Shown here piece after piece: positions 46,820 to 59,407 of a stretch of 64,000 bases of DNA. The translations under genes and the position numbers were made by a program. The DNA comes from Amoebophrya sp. A120 (lineage: Eukaryota > Protista > Dinoflagellata), in contig CAJINV010000003.1 of assembly GCA_905178155.1 (NCBI GenBank), forward strand, positions 3,251,319-3,315,318, written 5' to 3'. Numbering within the stretch: the stretch's first letter is position 1; each line of letters opens with the position of its first letter. The notes beneath the pieces are model-generated. The model made no database searches and had not been told where the DNA came from. It saw only the letters and a list, made by a program, of their open reading frames with translations.

Positions 46820-47899
46820 TCACTCGCCTGCAGCTCGCTGTTCCTGCAAAAGCGATACAATTCGTGATTTCAGATACTCCACCTCTTTCCGCAAAGCAAA
46901 GTTTTCGATTTGCAAACAACGGCACTTCTTCTCCCACAGCTCAGCTTTGCTACTCACGTCCTCGCCATCCGCTACCGCAACAGGTTTTTTGTTGGACCTG
47001 GCTAGAGTGTCGGCGCCGGCAAGAACATCATCGTCCATTGGGGAAGGCGCTGCGGTTGTTGGAGTAACCGCAAGAGCTGCACGCCCGGGCTCGCGTTCCG
47101 CTTCCTTCGCAGGTGATGCCCGAATAAGGGGATCCTGCTTTGGCTCAGACTTTCGAGAGGATTGACGCGTCGTGAAAACTACCCCAGCTGCAGTTGCTGC
47201 TCCCGGTGGCCGCGGGTTGCTCGCCTGCGGCGAAGACAGGAGCACCCTGCTCGCGGAGATTGTAGTTCCGCGCGTCGTCGTCCGAGCCGTGTTCCACCCT
47301 GTTTCGATGCGGGGACTTGACGGCGCGATTAGCGGTCGGCAGGTCGGGAGTGGAGAGCCTCCGCGGCGGAAGGACGAGGGCACAATTCTCGGCGAGGCTG
47401 TAACACTGAGAGAACAAGAACTCGGTGGGCCGCGCTGCGGTTTCGCGATGCCAGTGGTCGCTGCAGCAGTTATTGCGGTAGTTGCAGTGGTTAGCAATCG
47501 CGGTGGGGAGCGACTGGTCGCGACCGGTCGCTGGTGCAGCATTGTTCGGAGAGCGGGTGAAAATGCCCGGACCATCGGGGCGGATTGATTTTCCTTGGCA
47601 GAATTTCGAGCGGGGCAAGTGTTGCTCAAGCATGTGCGGTCTAGTTCAGACGAGCGGTTGTACGTCTTCGTGCTGCTCGCAGCCTGCGTTCGTGCCAAAT
47701 TATCGTGGGGTTTCTGAGTTGGTGGGGAAGGTCTGCCTTTAGATGACATTACGGTCATTTTAACCGTTTGATCCAGATTCGTACTGGCAGCTGCCAGGCG
47801 ACTCGGATGCGCGGGTGGCCGAGGTGGACAGCGACGCGGGTGCTGCCTTCGGTCCAGACCGGAATCAGGAACCATCTGTACCATCTTAGCACTCATCAT
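46820..47899 (-). CDS. Low-complexity protein with C-terminal coiled coil
   Basis: 359-aa ATG ORF ending in the heptad run 'LQIENFALRKEVEYLKSRIVSLLQE'. Confidence 0.5.
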   Translation of the reverse strand: MMSAKMVQMVPDSGLDRRQHPRRCPPRPPAHPSRLAAASTNLDQTVKMTVMSSKGRPSPPTQKPHDNLARTQAASSTKTYNRSSELDRTCLSNTCPARNSAKENQSAPMVRAFSPALRTMLHQRPVATSRSPPRLLTTATTAITAAATTGIAKPQRGPPSSCSLSVTASPRIVPSSFRRGGSPLPTCRPLIAPSSPRIETGWNTARTTTRGTTISASRVLLSSPQASNPRPPGAATAAGVVFTTRQSSRKSEPKQDPLIRASPAKEAEREPGRAALAVTPTTAAPSPMDDDVLAGADTLARSNKKPVAVADGEDVSSKAELWEKKCRCLQIENFALRKEVEYLKSRIVSLLQEQRAAGE

Positions 47900-48417
47900 G
47901 CTCTCGAATGATATTCGCGAGTATGTAAAGCAAAAAGAATTCTATTTCTAGCTAAATCCTCCCTCACACTCGCTGGCTAGTGGGCCGCGCGCACGAAACT
48001 ACACGACCTCTTTATTTTCCACAATGAAACGCGTATGTTCATATCTTGTTAAATTCTGTTGCGCTTAAATTTATGGTAGAAGTCCACACGTACCGGTTCT
48101 TCAACTCTTTTGGTGTGCCGCATTTTTCCAGGAACGAACAGTACGGGTTGCAAGCAGGCACGTTTCCACAGGTCGCACACCGACCGAAGGGCCGCTTTTG
48201 GCTCAAACAAGAAACAGACCAAAATTAATGTCTCCGGATCGGTTGTTCACAATGGGAAAAGAGAATAGGTAGTCACGTCGGTGTTTGTACCATGGTAATA
48301 CCCAGTTTTTGGCTGCTCGAAAATCATTATCATACATGCAATAATGTTGTGGGATTTTTGATGCTGGCATTCGTTTATTCACAACTCGCAAGACAGTAGC
48401 TCAACGGGTGCGGTCCA

Positions 48418-49560
48418 TCAGCGCAGTGCCGGGTGCCCGGTTTCGTGGTTGACTTCCTCGGTCTTCTGCCAGTCGTGGAACATGCCCACACACCACTGAA
48501 ACATTGACTTCGTGCCATACTCTTTTGCGGCGGCCTTCGTACACTGGAACAATTCGTTCACTTTGCACTTCTCCTTGCACTTTCCGTCTCCCTTACCTGG
48601 AATGGTTGTGATCGTTAGAAGTAGCATAAGCACCACAGGCATGATACGATTTATGTATAATCAAAATCTGTGCTTTGCAGCAGCTCTCATCTTTGAACAG
48701 AAAACAATGGACGTCGACATACTCCTGCAACACAAAAAAGCGTGCAGACGAGGGTGGTCGTGTGCTTGCACACGCACTAAGGACGACGCAGCAATGTATT
48801 GTCACTGTAAGAAGTAGTAAGTACAGGGCTCCTCAGCGGCCTTGGCTTGAAAGGCTTTTTTCGCAGCTTCGTCCTTGAAGTCCTCTCGCGCGACCTTCGA
48901 CAGGACCTGACCGCCCACGTTGGGACAGTGGTTGACCACGCAGTCGTGTTTGGCTTTGCTCATCGCTTGGGTGTTCATGTACAAGTCCTTCAGTTGGTTT
49001 GCGTGGTCCTGGCAGTACGCATTGTCCTGATTGAACTTCCCCTCACAGGCCTTGTCGCAGTTTTTCATCTCGGCCGCGCAGTTGTAGGTTTGGCAGCTCT
49101 GGAACCTTTTCCGATTCATCTTTCGACACTGCTCCTTGAAGTCGTTCACCTGCTTCTCGGCGTTCTTGCCCTCATTCGCGAGCGCCTTCTCCGGCGCATC
49201 TTCCTCGTCGGAGGAGGGCGCACCTCCCTGAGGACCCCCGGAGACGGCTTTGGTCAGCTCCTGGCTGGGCTCGAACTTGCGCCCACAGCCGATCGCGTAC
49301 AAGACGGCCCCGAGTTCGCCCAGGCCATCATGGTACTTCTCGAACTTTACAGGGTCCTTGAGCCCTTTCTGCTTCTCCTTCTCCGCCTTCTCGGCATTCT
49401 CAACTTCCGTCGGATGCGGGGGCGGGTCGCGCTTCTTGCTGGAAGAGGAGGAGGTTTTGGTGTGGCGCAGTTTGTGCAAGAGCCCCAGCGCGTCGACCGA
49501 ATGGTTAGCCACGGCGTGGAGCAGCAACACTGACACGCCGGCTGCGCGTGCAACCCGCAT
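48418..49560 (-). CDS. Secreted cysteine-rich protein; exons 49560-48825 and 48596-48418
   Basis: Signal-like MRVARAAGVSVLLLHAVA, repeated CxxxC motifs, phase-1 GT..AG intron 48824-48597. Confidence 0.7.
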
Positions 49561-49817
49561 GGTTTCTGCTTGTTGGTGCAACCGCTAAGAGGTCGATGTA
49601 CGTCGGGGTGGAGAACAATTGTTAGAAGTAGAACCGGCGACGCAATATTAAAACACAATTGCAGAAAGAATTCAAACAAAAATCCGGTTAGAATGAAGCA
49701 GAAAATAGATGATCAGTTAGGGGTTACAGAACAAGGCGTACTACAGTGTGCAGAAATGATCTCTGCACAAACAGCAAGTCGTTTCTTCAACGACTACGAA
49801 CCAAAGAAGTTCTTGTG

Positions 49818-51071
49818 CTACAGCTCCTCCGCTTTTTTGTCTGCGAGGTTTTTCCCTGAATCTACAACGCGATCATCACTATCTATTCCTAGTCTGTTGC
49901 GGCATTCAGCCTTGTACCTCTGCACCCAGGCACGAGTTCTGTCAGTGTAGAAATAGGCATTGTTTTCTGGATACTGGTCGTAGTAGCTACTTGCAGAGCT
50001 AGAAGCACTGGCGAGAGCAGCAGACCCTAATGCTTCTTCATCGACAGCACCAGCACTGCTTACGTTCTTGAAGTCGAAGGCCGGCTCGATTTGCGTGCTT
50101 TCTCCCCACTCGTTGTAGCTGGTTATGGTGACCATGTTGAAGGGCATCGCGCGTTGCCACATGTCGTCGTAGTAGGCACTTTCCCGACGCGGCCGCACGT
50201 TGTGCGCGTTCCAGGGCCGAATCCGGACGTCGTCGTAGCCGGGCCCAACGCTCGGGACAAAGTGGTCCACCGGCATCTGTTCCCAGTTTGCCGCAGGGGA
50301 GCTGGCGGGAGTAAAACCATTCGCCGCGAAATAGGAGTAGCCGCCGTCAAAGCCGACCTCTTTTACAAAGACCACGTCTCTCATGTTTTCGATCCAGAGG
50401 CAGAAGAAATAGGGCGTCACCTGGTACGTTTCCGTGAAAAGCTTTCTCAGGTACTCGAGAGTCTGCCGCCACTCGAGTTTCTCCTGCAGGTTAGGTGTGT
50501 GCCGGCTGCTCACGTCGTACACAAAAAACGCAAGGTTTTGGTGCTCCGACGAGCCTTCGCTTTTTGGAGACGAGGTGGACTTTAGAGCCGTCAAGTACTT
50601 TTGCGCTATGTACTCGCCGTCCTGGCGAAACGTTTCCGGGCTTCGACCGCCGTACGGCTCGACGTGGAAGGAAAACTTCACGCCGCGTTTCGCGCCGAGC
50701 TGCAGTGCCATGTCCACCAGCTGATCCGTATCGGCCCCGGAATCCGCGTCGTCGCGTTTGGACACGTCGGGGCGGCCCCACCAGGAGAACATAAAGCTGT
50801 CGATGTCCATAGACGCCAGCTCCCGCATGTGCTCCTCCATCACTGCAGAATCGCGGCTGCTGTACCACCCGCGCAGCGGCCGGTACTTGGCATGTCCGCG
50901 GTCCTGCTCCGGAGCGTGGCGCGTTTTGTGTTCGTGCCGTTGGTCCACCTTCGGGTCCCAGTGCGGGAGGGTCTTGTGGTCCCAATGCATCCACTTTCCA
51001 TCGTGAACCGGGTTCCCGTACCAGAGATAATACGCGATGTGCACCGTGCAATAAAGCGACGCTGGAATCAT
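49818..51071 (-). CDS. Glycoside hydrolase family 99 (endo-alpha-1,2-mannosidase, MANEA-like)
   Basis: 'YYLWYGNP..DGKWMHWDH', 'YRPLRGWYSSRD', 'FHVEPYGGR', 'PSVGPGYDDVRIRPWN', 'ITSYNEWGESTQIEPA'. Confidence 0.92.
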   Translation of the reverse strand: MIPASLYCTVHIAYYLWYGNPVHDGKWMHWDHKTLPHWDPKVDQRHEHKTRHAPEQDRGHAKYRPLRGWYSSRDSAVMEEHMRELASMDIDSFMFSWWGRPDVSKRDDADSGADTDQLVDMALQLGAKRGVKFSFHVEPYGGRSPETFRQDGEYIAQKYLTALKSTSSPKSEGSSEHQNLAFFVYDVSSRHTPNLQEKLEWRQTLEYLRKLFTETYQVTPYFFCLWIENMRDVVFVKEVGFDGGYSYFAANGFTPASSPAANWEQMPVDHFVPSVGPGYDDVRIRPWNAHNVRPRRESAYYDDMWQRAMPFNMVTITSYNEWGESTQIEPAFDFKNVSSAGAVDEEALGSAALASASSSASSYYDQYPENNAYFYTDRTRAWVQRYKAECRNRLGIDSDDRVVDSGKNLADKKAEEL

Positions 51072-51555
51072 TTTCGTTGCTCTACTAACGTGATCGAAGA
51101 TCAAGGAGAAAATGACGGATCAGTAGTGCGCTCTCGAGGTTTTGATCTTCTGTGACTTTTACGCGCACCTGACTGCTCAAACGGGAACTGAAAGCCATTC
51201 TCAAAGGCGGGGGTTCAAGTATCTTATGTGCAGGTAGTGCGAAAGGCGTGAGTTTCTTTCGGAGGACAGCTTGGTAGGACGAGTCGAACACGGCGTCTTT
51301 TGTTGTTGCGCAACAGGCAGTATATCAGCCTGTTTTTCTTGCTTTTGTTTGTGTTGTAGAGGTTCATTCGGGCTTCATTTCCCTGTATGCGCAATTGATT
51401 GTACAAACGCAAAAATTCGCAAATGCTGCAAACTTGGGCAGATTGGGTAATCAAGTGAGTACGTACAACCAGCACTTTCGGACACGACTGTGCTGAAAGA
51501 CGCGAAAAATCTTACAATTTTTACACAATTCTACAGAATCTGTCCGTGTTCTATT

Positions 51556-54500
51556 TCAGCTGTCGCTGAAGAGCCCCGCAACGGAGAGCGTCGGCAGTGG
51601 CAGCAGCGGGAAGAGCAGCAGCAGGATGTAGACCAAGTGAGTCCAGGCGTACCATCGCACCATGCAGTAGGCGAGCGGGTAGCTGAGAAGCAGAGACAGG
51701 AACACTCGCCGACTGAAGGTCAGCTGCAAAGCGGAAGCGCGCATGAAAACGACCTCGATGAAGTTCGCTGGATCGTGTGCGGCTCGGCCGAGCGGGAACA
51801 GAATCAGTTGGTGCTGCGAAGCGTTCGACCGCCCCAACAGTTCGCTCAAACTGCGGCGCGGGCAAAAGAGCCCCCGACAGAATCTTAACCACCGCCCCAG
51901 AGCCACTAGCAACGGCGAGCGGGGCCGGTTTTCCGGCGGCGACGCTGCGGGGTCGTCGGGTTCTTGTGCTTCATCTTCATCTCCTAGCATGGCATCATCT
52001 GCTATCTCCCCCGAGTCCGCGCTAGTTCTTTGTGGTTGCTCATCATCGTCGCAGGTCCTGCATATGTCGGAGGGCGAATGATCCGGAGAAAGGGATTGCT
52101 CCCTGGAACTACTACTGGAGCTTCTACTCTGATTCGCCATCTGGTCGCTACAGTTTTCCACATTATCGTCCGGAATGAAAGACTCGAAGGCATCGGCGAT
52201 CCCGAACCGCAGCACCGGCAGCACGCAGCGCCACAAGACGCTGAGCAAAGTAGCCGTAGTCGTAATACTCGCTTCTGGTGGCTGCATTTCCGCGTTTTCG
52301 CTTCCGACACCTGCGTTATGATCTTCGTTGATTCTTTTCTGCGTGTCTTCCTGTGGAAAAAGATCGCCTTCGGTGTCTGACTCGGGGTAGTATTCGATTT
52401 GAACGCTTCGTTTGGGCAGGCGGGTCCAGCTTCGCGGCAGGGCTGCCGGCGACGCTCCGAAGATCCACATCGGAAACCGGAGCAGGACCTCAACCAGCAC
52501 AAACTGAATGCACACCAGGTGCAACAGCTTAAGCAGCAACAGAAACGTCAACACCGTGCAGTAGTGCCAAACAAAAGCAGTAGCTTTAGCCAACTGCCGC
52601 AGACGACACACCACGTGGTCCACCAGCGGACTGCCCGTGGAAAAATGGTCTTCGGCCGCGGCGTTGTCCCACGGCTGCTCGGCTTTTCCTAGGGGAGTTT
52701 GCCTTTGATTTACGCCTCTAGTGGCGGAAGCTAGAAGTTCTTGCTGATGATCCTCGCTGCTGGCTTTATTCGGACTTCTCTTGTTCCCGCTACTGTTTGA
52801 AGAGCTGCAGCTAGTACTTCTGACGCGCTGCAGCTGGCGTTCGTTCTGTTGCTTCAAGGTGGTGATGCGCTTTTGCCATCTGCGGCGGTCGGACCCGAAG
52901 GTGGACTCGCGCCGTCGCCGGAGCACGGCTGCGGGGTGGAAGCTCGGCAGGTTCGATACAGACACTTCGGACTCCGCCTCCTCGGAAGGGGCGTCAGAAA
53001 CTACCTCGTCGTCGCTCGGTGCATTTATTTCGACGTCGTGTTCTGGTTTATCATTTGGACTTCGCGTCGCATCGACACCCGGATATGTGACCGTCGCTGG
53101 CAGCTTGCGCGCTACCAGCAGGAGATTCCTCGGAACGAACCGGTGGTCCTGCAAAGGAGAAGTGTCAACCATTTGTGCGGCCGGAGAAGTTCCTCTTTCG
53201 TTTCTTTGCCCGGCGATTTCGCGTCCGTCAAAAATGATCGAGGCTGCAGTTGTAGTGGACAACTGTGTCTTGAGTCTTGGGTGCACTTGCAAGGAATCGA
53301 GTTGCGGTCTGACGGAACGCCGGATGAGCTTCGCTGCTTTCTTTGCGGAGAAATAGGCGGGCAAGACCTCGGCGTTGGCAGCCGTGACGGCCTCGTGCAG
53401 AACCTCTTTGCCCGCCTGCAGTGCCCAATTGAACAGCTTCTGCAACACGTGCGCATAGAAGAGGCGCGCACCCTCGCACGCGCAGTTCAGGATGGGGGCA
53501 ACCACGAAGACAATCAGAAAGTTCTGCAGGCTCACCTGGACGACCTGCTGCGCCGCGCCCTGGTTATTCGCACCGTTGTTTCCATCGCCCGCATTACCGC
53601 CATTTTGAAGATTCGCGGGTTGGCCGTTTTGATTCGTGTCGTCGTCGTCTGTTAAATCTGTCATATCTGACATCTCTGCCAGCACAAACATCAGTGACGA
53701 CGAATCTTCCTCACTCGGCGCGCCTTGTTCAGCATCCTCCGCAGCAAACACGACGTTGTCCAAAAATGCCTCGGTATCATCCTGTTGCGGTTGCGGCCCC
53801 GCGGGAGGATTTATAGCGTGTGCTGAAAGGGGCGAACCAAGTAGACCAGGACCATCTCCAGCTCCTGCTCCTGCTCCGGCGTGAAGATGACCTTGCGGTG
53901 CTGCGCTAGTACTACCCGCTGCGAACGGTTGTCCTACAACTCCAGTCGACGGGGAGGTGGTCGTGGTGCCCCCTGCAGGAGGGTCGACGTCGACTACACT
54001 CTGCGCGTTTGCAGCAGGAGCTGCGGGCGGTAAATTCATGTGCAAGGCCTGCTGATCCGCGGGCCGGACGCGGACCGTCCAGCGCTCGCCGAAAAACCGG
54101 AGGTACCAGAAAGCGCACCGCCGCCCGATCCACTCGAGCAAGGAGCGGTATTCGTACAGGAGTAAGAACGCGAGCAGAAATGTGGCCGGCGTGAGGAAGA
54201 GGCAGAACAACTGGGATTTGGTCAGGTTCGACACCAGCCAGAAACGGAGGCGTGCGCGCGCCGCCAGTTGATCGGGCAGCTGCGGCCCGTTGGACGCTGA
54301 TGTGTAGGCGTAGTCGAAAATGAAGGTCCGTGGTCCTCCGCTCTCATTGGACGAAATGCCGCCGGTGGTAGAAGAACTACCCACGTAGTAGTCGTAATCC
54401 GGCTGTAGTTCTCGTGCCACTTGAGCGTACGCGTCGTAGTGTTCCTGCTCGTGGTGCGCCGAAGCCGTGTGGTATATTTGCGCGACAGGAGTCTGATGTT

Positions 54501-57500
54501 GTTCCAGGAGTGGCTGCTGCGCTTGCTGTTCTCGCTGCGGGTGCTGCGCAACGAACAGGGCGGTTGTATTCACCATTTCGCGTACGAGAAGGGGCAACAG
54601 CCATGTCAAAGCGTCCGGGCCGGCGGTTGACGGCGGGCTCACAGTTGTTGCCACACCCGGATTAGTTGTATATGCATGTACTTCTCCCGGGACGAGGTCC
54701 TCATGTTCAGTAACTGCTTCTTCAGGTATAATGTGGCTTTTCTGGTCATTTTCTACGTCGTGCGCCCGTCGCTGTATTTCAATTTGGTGCATGCTCTCCG
54801 CTATTTGTCGTTGGGCCTTCAGAAGCCGGAAGTCTCGTGCGGTCATCACTCCAGTGTCTTCCGGCGGCGGTTCTGCTTGGACGATGACCTGGTCGCTGAT
54901 GTTGTGGTCCTGCGGAAATTCTTGCAAACTAGCTTCTGGTGCTGGATTATCTTCAAGTGGAACAGAGCCAGGCGTAGCAAAATGGTTCAGGTTGTTCCTA
55001 CCGTCAAGAGCATCAATCTTTTTCTCGCCTGCAGGAACTCCCTCTCCTTCAACAGGCAATATTTCATCTGTAGAAGTCGAGCTGCGTTGGTCGTGCGCGG
55101 GTGAGGCAGTAGTAGTTTCCGGGCCTGTTAGCGCTTCGTAGGCCCGATCGAGCGCTTCACCAGGAAGGATCGAAGGGTCCGCATCGCCGTCGAGCAGATA
55201 GTACGCAGAAAAATCCGATGAAACTTTCGCCTCAGGAGTACTGATGTCCTCAATGACCAGAGAGTCGCTGCTTGCGTCTATGTTATTATAGTTGTCAACC
55301 ACTTCAGCTGTGGATGTGATTTCATCCACAGGGAGTTTCTTCTCTAGTACGTCGTCTGGGATGTTGGCAGCAGGGTCGTTCTTTTCGGATTCTTCAACTA
55401 TCGGCTCGAGCGTCTGCCAATGCGACATGAGCCTGTCCCCAGCTTCACGACCGTGTAGTTTCGCAGACGATAGATATGCTTTATTGCTTCTACTCGTCCC
55501 GGGCATGATGATTCCGCTTTTGGCCTCGTTGAGGTCCTGCTTCAGTGACGTGAGAAGTTCGGTTTTAGGTCCGGAATTGCGGGTGATGGAGCTACCACTG
55601 CTGCTAGATGCGGAAGTGCCAAAATTATCCGATGGCACAATCGGAATCGCCTCGTTGGATATACCAACTTGCAGGTGGACATCCTGGCTATTTTTGACCC
55701 GAAGCTCAATTTGCGCCGCGTCATGGGGTCGTGCAGCTGCCTCTTGATGTAGTCCTGTTACCGGATTTTTACTGTGTCCTCTAGTGTGTTCCATAATTCC
55801 GCTGCGGCGCAAAGTGTTTGAGGCGGTAGCGACAGTACTATGGTGTGCTCGATGCAGATTGTCGTGGTGCTGGTAGGCGACCTCGAGCAGCAGGTGACAC
55901 TGTCGCAGCACCTCCGCGAACCCCGTGACGGCGTAAACGAAGAATTCCAAGAGAATAGTCGTGGAAAATGCGATCAAGAAGAGGTAAAGCAGCAACCCGA
56001 GGTACAAAAAGTCGACCTCTTGCCCGAGAAAGTCCATCAGCTCTCGCAGAAACCGCATGGTGTACCGGATGCTGCTTTGGAAAAACGCCGTGTTGACCAC
56101 TGCGGCCGCAGTACTTCTGTTTCGCGCGTTGTTCAACATCGTCGTTGTGGCCGCTGCACCGGTTGTCGTGGGGTCCAGCAAATCGTTTGCATTTGACGTA
56201 GTAGTTGTCGCACCATAGGCGCTCCTGACCGCTGCTTGGCTGAGCTCCGTGTTCATGCTCGGCTTTTCCCAGAACAGTGTCTCCGTGCGCCACGCGGTCC
56301 GCTCGTTGACGGTGCGGCAGAGGGGACAGCTCGACCGGTTGCGGTACTTCGCTCCCTTGTAGCATTCGGAGAGACAGCCCAGGTGGAACATGTGGTTGCA
56401 CTTGTTCAACTGCAAAAGTGCGTTCTGCTTTCGGTAGGGCTGCGTCTCGAAAGCCGTGCGGTACTGCGGAAACGCACGAGAAACGCTCAGAATGCCCCGA
56501 TTGCTCGTGCTGCTGTTCTGGGTCTGGGCAAGCACTTCTGCGTCTGCCCGCGGCTCGTCTGCTTCATTTGCTTCCGCATCATTCATCTCCCCGGAAATAA
56601 GTTCAAGATGTGGCCAAATCAGAGCTGCAAATCGTTGCCTGACCTGGGAGATAGTCGAACATTTGTTTTTGGTACTACGCGCCTGTTGCTGTGGTCCACT
56701 AGAGTTGTAGTTGCAGTTGCTGGAAAGAAAGTATGGGTCAGTGTCCTGCTCAAGGAGGTCGTCCTTGTAAGTTGTACTTCTCGCGTAGTACGCGCTGTAC
56801 TCTTCCGAAAAATTATCGTCCAGCAAGTTGCCGTCGCCGTGTCGCCGGGATAGGAGATCTATTCTTCGTCCAATGTAGCGCACAAATCTACTCAAATAAT
56901 GGCGCAGGAGCACCGCCGGACCGTCTGAGAAGTCCGGTTCGCGACCATAATCTCCGTCGACGTCTGCCTCCTCGTCGTAGCCATCAGGATCGGCCTGGGG
57001 GAGGCCACCATTGCTTGCACGATCCGCATTCAGGTCTCTCCCTAGAAGATGCTCTGCGTCATGTTGCAGGCCCCCCATAGTTCTACTTCCTACTCGAAGT
57101 ACACTAGCAGTGTTTCCTCGCGCTTCTCCTATCGGCTTGAGGTATCTTTGCGTTAGCCTTGCGCGCAGGCCGGCTCCAGGATGTGAGGAAGATGCTGCTG
57201 GCACATGATCATCATCCGCCGGAGTACAGACGGGCTGAGCAATATCGTCATCTTCTGGATGGAGCGTGCACAGACAGATGGCACACACGTCCTTCTCGTT
57301 GTCAGCGGGTTTGGAGACGAATTTCCGTGCGTCCAGCGTGGTGTGAAAACACAGGAAGCGGAGGAGTCGCAACAGAAACCGCACACTGCCCGCGACCGCC
57401 TGGTACACGCGCGCCAATACGAACCCAAAGCTGACAAAGAAGACGAAGGCACAGGTGACGCAGGCAAAGAAGAACCCGGCCTGCTGTACTTCGATGGCGA

Positions 57501-59407
57501 AGACGCTGAACAGCGTCCACGACTTGCTGTTGCCGAGCACGGGGACGATGGTCTTTTCCAGGAAGGAAAACCGCAAAACGGACTCGCCGAACACGTACAG
57601 CCAGAAGCTGAGCACCGTCTTGGAAATCGGCCGCCAGAATGTGTCCTGCAGGTGGGCTTGCCCCGTGATTCGGGCCATTTCCACACGCGCGGCGAGCGCG
57701 AGCAACCCAAAGCCCAACAACAGGTGCGTTGTGTGGTGGCAAAGGGAGAAGAGCGGCCGGGAAAAGGGAAACTTTTTGTACAACCCTGCTCCGCCGGCAG
57801 AAGCATTGCCATTGTTTGTGCTCAATTCGGACAAGTCTACGTACATGCCGCAGATTGCCTCGCACAGATCCGGTTGGGGCCTCTTCGTGGCTCTCGAGAA
57901 GCAGTCGTAGGAACCTCCACGACCTTCGGAATTGATATTGCTACTACTCGAGGAGCTCCTGCCGGACGACGAGGTTGAAGCGGCACTGCGCAGGAGCTGC
58001 TGCATCGAGGTGCGGTAATTGGCCGGCAGCTCTCCTTGTTCCGCCAAAAGCTGCTGGAGGCTCTCCTGGTCCTCGGGGTCCAGGTCGAAGGTTGGAGGGT
58101 AGTAGCCGTCGTCATCCGTAGTGGCACCAAGTTGTCGGGCACTACTTTTATTGGTTCTTCTTTCCACTGGCTTTCGCTGTGCGCGTGCGAGCATGCGGTC
58201 GAACAATGCCTCGGTCTCGGAGGATTCGGAATCATCCTCGTCGAGATCGAATAGGGCGCTTGTAGTTTGTTCAATCGTTTCAGGAGTTCGGGTCCCGATT
58301 CTTCGGTCTTTCGTGTCGTTACTCGGAGTATAATTGTGTGCAGCAGTCGTGCCTGCAGTTGCATTTGTGTTTACTGCCCCACCAGGAAGATCTTCGGGCG
58401 CGCCACGACGTTTTGCTGTACTGTCATTCATACTCCCGCCGTCCGCGTCGCCGGCCAGCCCCGAATCTTCGACGGATGAAAAAACGTCGCGCTGGAACAG
58501 TCGCCTCTTTTGCCCCCGCGGTGGAAAAAGATGTTCCATTACGTCCGCTATGGATTCAGGGTCTTGTCTGTTGTCCCTTGAAGCTTCGGGAGGTAGTTCC
58601 TGGAATCGTACTGGGAGGCCCTGAACCAGACCCGTCATATTCAACAAGGGCGGAAAGGATAGGAGGGCACCTGGATTTTTATAGAAAGACACCGACGATA
58701 GCGATACGAGCAACTACTTCCGACAACATGGAGGCAAAAATATAAAATCAGTTCCAAAAAGAAAAACACGAACCATGTTGAGTACTGCTGAAGCCACCAT
58801 GATAAGTACCTGCTGATCGAGTATTTCCCGGTGCCGCTGCAACGGGATCGTTTGCCGTCTCCAGCAGAAGCGAAATTGCTCTGGCCAGACCTGACGAGGC
58901 GTCGGAAGATTCGTTCTGGTGTTTTATTTTTCGAGTGGACCGACCACTCGACGCCCCAGAATTGAAATTGTCTGTTCCTCCGCTGATATCCTCTTCCTCC
59001 GCTTGGTTTTTCAAACTTGATGTCAAAGGGGCGAGGAAGCTGGCCCACGACGAGGCTCCACTGGATAATGTTGTTGATCCACCTCCTGCGGCAGAAGCTG
59101 CCGTCCGGCCACGCAACGTGGCGGACACGACGGAACTTGCACTACTTGCGTACGACTGATAGGTTGATGCGGTGCCACTCGAGGACAGGATGTAGGGCAA
59201 CACGTCGGACACAGTGCTACGCGTGCGCCAGATGTAGGCGAGCCCGCAGATGTGTCGGGTCTCGATCGCGCCATCCAGCAGCGACTGCGTGGCCGTCGGA
59301 GAGTCGAACACGTTCGCAAGGAACGTCACTACGTAAGAAACCGCGAACAGCAACCCCAGGTGCGTCGAAATCAGGAACGCGGGCCCTTTCACAAAACCGT
59401 GCAACAT
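51556..59407 (-). CDS. Very large multi-pass membrane protein with split RING-H2 finger (putative E3 ligase); exons 59407-58810 and 58670-51556
   Basis: 'CAICLCTL' ... ~290 aa ... 'CNHMFHLGCL..CPLCRT'; several hydrophobic segments; phase-1 GT..AG intron 58809-58671. Confidence 0.7.
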
